A DNA stretch of 52,563 nucleotides from Octopus bimaculoides (Eukaryota). The stretch lies in NCBI RefSeq assembly GCF_001194135.2, contig NC_068984.1:129362537-129415099 (forward strand). The letters run 5' to 3'. The position numbers were made by a program, and so were the translations under genes. The stretch's first letter is position 1. Each line of letters begins with the position of its first letter. The notes under the pieces are model-generated. The model did no database searches. It was not told the DNA's origin and saw only the letters and a list, made by a program, of their open reading frames with translations. Shown piece after piece: positions 51,365-52,563 of the stretch.

Positions 51365-51790
51365 TATCAGCTGACCAGATGCTTTCTCTGTATCCAGGGG
51401 TCAGTTTGCCAAGACTTTCCAGATCCTTCTGTGTTGAGTGGCATGCATACAATCAGCCAGGTTCTTGTATCCAGTCCATTCTTTGATGCTGTCAAGTTCG
51501 CAAACATCTTTGACAGCCTCTTATTCTTTTCTCCTCCACACTTCCAGTCAAGATAGCCTTGGGCAATGACTCATGGTGCATTTTATGTCCAAAATATGAT
51601 GGCTTTGTGGGCTTGATTCTCAACAATAGATATCTTTGGACTTTCAGCTTTGTTAGTTCTGCAGCATTCATCACTTTGTCTTTCCAGCTTACCCTGCCCA
51701 ATCTGCAAAAGATCCACATCTCAAAAGTCACTATCTTCTTCTCTATTTCTATGTATATTTTCCAAGTTTCTACCCAGTAAAGGGGGCAAA
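51365..51790 (-). mobile_element. Degenerate RTE (BovB-like) RT C-terminal remnant
   Basis: TFEMWIFCRLGRVSWKDKV...SYFGHKMHHESLPKAILTGSVEEKRIRG matches the RTE pattern FEMW..R.L.ISW..K..FGH...G.R.RGR. Confidence 0.75.
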
Positions 51791-51979
51791 TGGCATAATA
51801 TAACAGATTATTACCCTCATTTTTAGATGCAGTGCTCTGTCTTTTGAGGTGAAGATCTTTTTGATTTTTATGTTTTTTTTGGTTTTTTTTTTTCCATTTG
51901 TTTCCTTAGTGGGGGGGGGGGGGGGCCGAAATGTATAAAGCCTAAATTAAATTGCTTAAGAACAATGATGTTGACCAAC

Positions 51980-52121
51980 CTTTTGTTACTTCTCGGGTGA
52001 AATCCTTTTGAGAAGCGGCAAGATAAACTTTCTTGACAAGTTCCATATTATTCAACAAGGAAATAAAGGCAATGAAGTAGGTGTAGCTCACTTGGCGGTG
52101 GCGTTCACCTCCTAAGGTGAC
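51980..52121 (-). CDS. SLC25A12/SLC25A13: Aralar/citrin exon, EF-hand regulatory domain ([47 protein letters not shown]); approx. human SLC25A13 exon 7
   Basis: Acceptor ctttgcAG, donor GTtggt; 142 nt, phase 0 to 1; SLLNNMEL motif. Confidence 0.95.
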
Positions 52122-52242
52122 CTGCAAAGTAAACAAGAATAAGGCAGTTAATGGTAGTAACACTTACATGCGAAGTAATCTATAGTATGAATGATGAACA
52201 AATCATTAATGGTTATGTTCACCTGCTATAATAAACTATATG

Positions 52243-52563
52243 TTGGCACTTTGTCGGTTACGATGACGAGGGTTCCAGTTGATCCGATCAATGGAACAGC
52301 TTGCTCATGAAATTAACGTGCAAGTGGCTGAGCACTCCACAGACACGTGTACCCCTAACGTAGTTCTCGGGGATATTCAGCGTGACACAGTGTGATAAGG
52401 CTGGCCCTTTGAAATACAGGTACAACAGAAACAGGAAGTAAGAGTGAGAGAAAGTTGTGGTGGAAGAGTAAAGCAGGGTTCGCCACCATCCCCTGCTGGA
52501 GCCTCGTGGAGCTTTTAGGTGTTTTCGCTCAATAAACACTCACAACGCCCTGTCTGGGCATCG
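52243..52563 (-). mobile_element. Family C SINE, second copy (head runs off the window)
   Basis: Colinear with 50217-50530 with few substitutions. Confidence 0.85.

Overview
Eukaryotic, very AT-rich and microsatellite-rich genomic DNA with N gaps. The repeat families look like those of Octopus (inferred from recognition, not from a database search). One real gene is present: the 3' part of a calcium-binding mitochondrial aspartate/glutamate carrier (aralar/citrin, SLC25A12/13 family) on the minus strand. I traced 11 coding exons from 52121 down to the TAG at 11965-11967, all with AG/GT boundaries and compatible phases (1428 nt, 475 aa plus stop). The N-terminal EF-hand exons lie beyond the right edge. 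The rest is intron or intergenic DNA filled with tRNA-derived SINEs, RTE and L1/Tx1-type LINE remnants, Tc1/mariner and hAT relics, and microsatellites. Nearly all other ORF-track entries are spurious. The best leads are in the 15-kb last intron, just before the exon encoding the Ca2+-regulatory C-terminal helix: a frame-preserving 24-nt microexon or alternative terminal exon (SKTRLPFK), a second possible short C-terminus (RKEV*), a 17-nt exon candidate and a possible recursive splice site. Also notable are an extra proline in carrier helix H5, a fused exon relative to the vertebrate gene, and a perfect 77-bp-arm inverted repeat beside an exon and a gap. All splicing proposals are sequence-only inferences that need RNA-seq.
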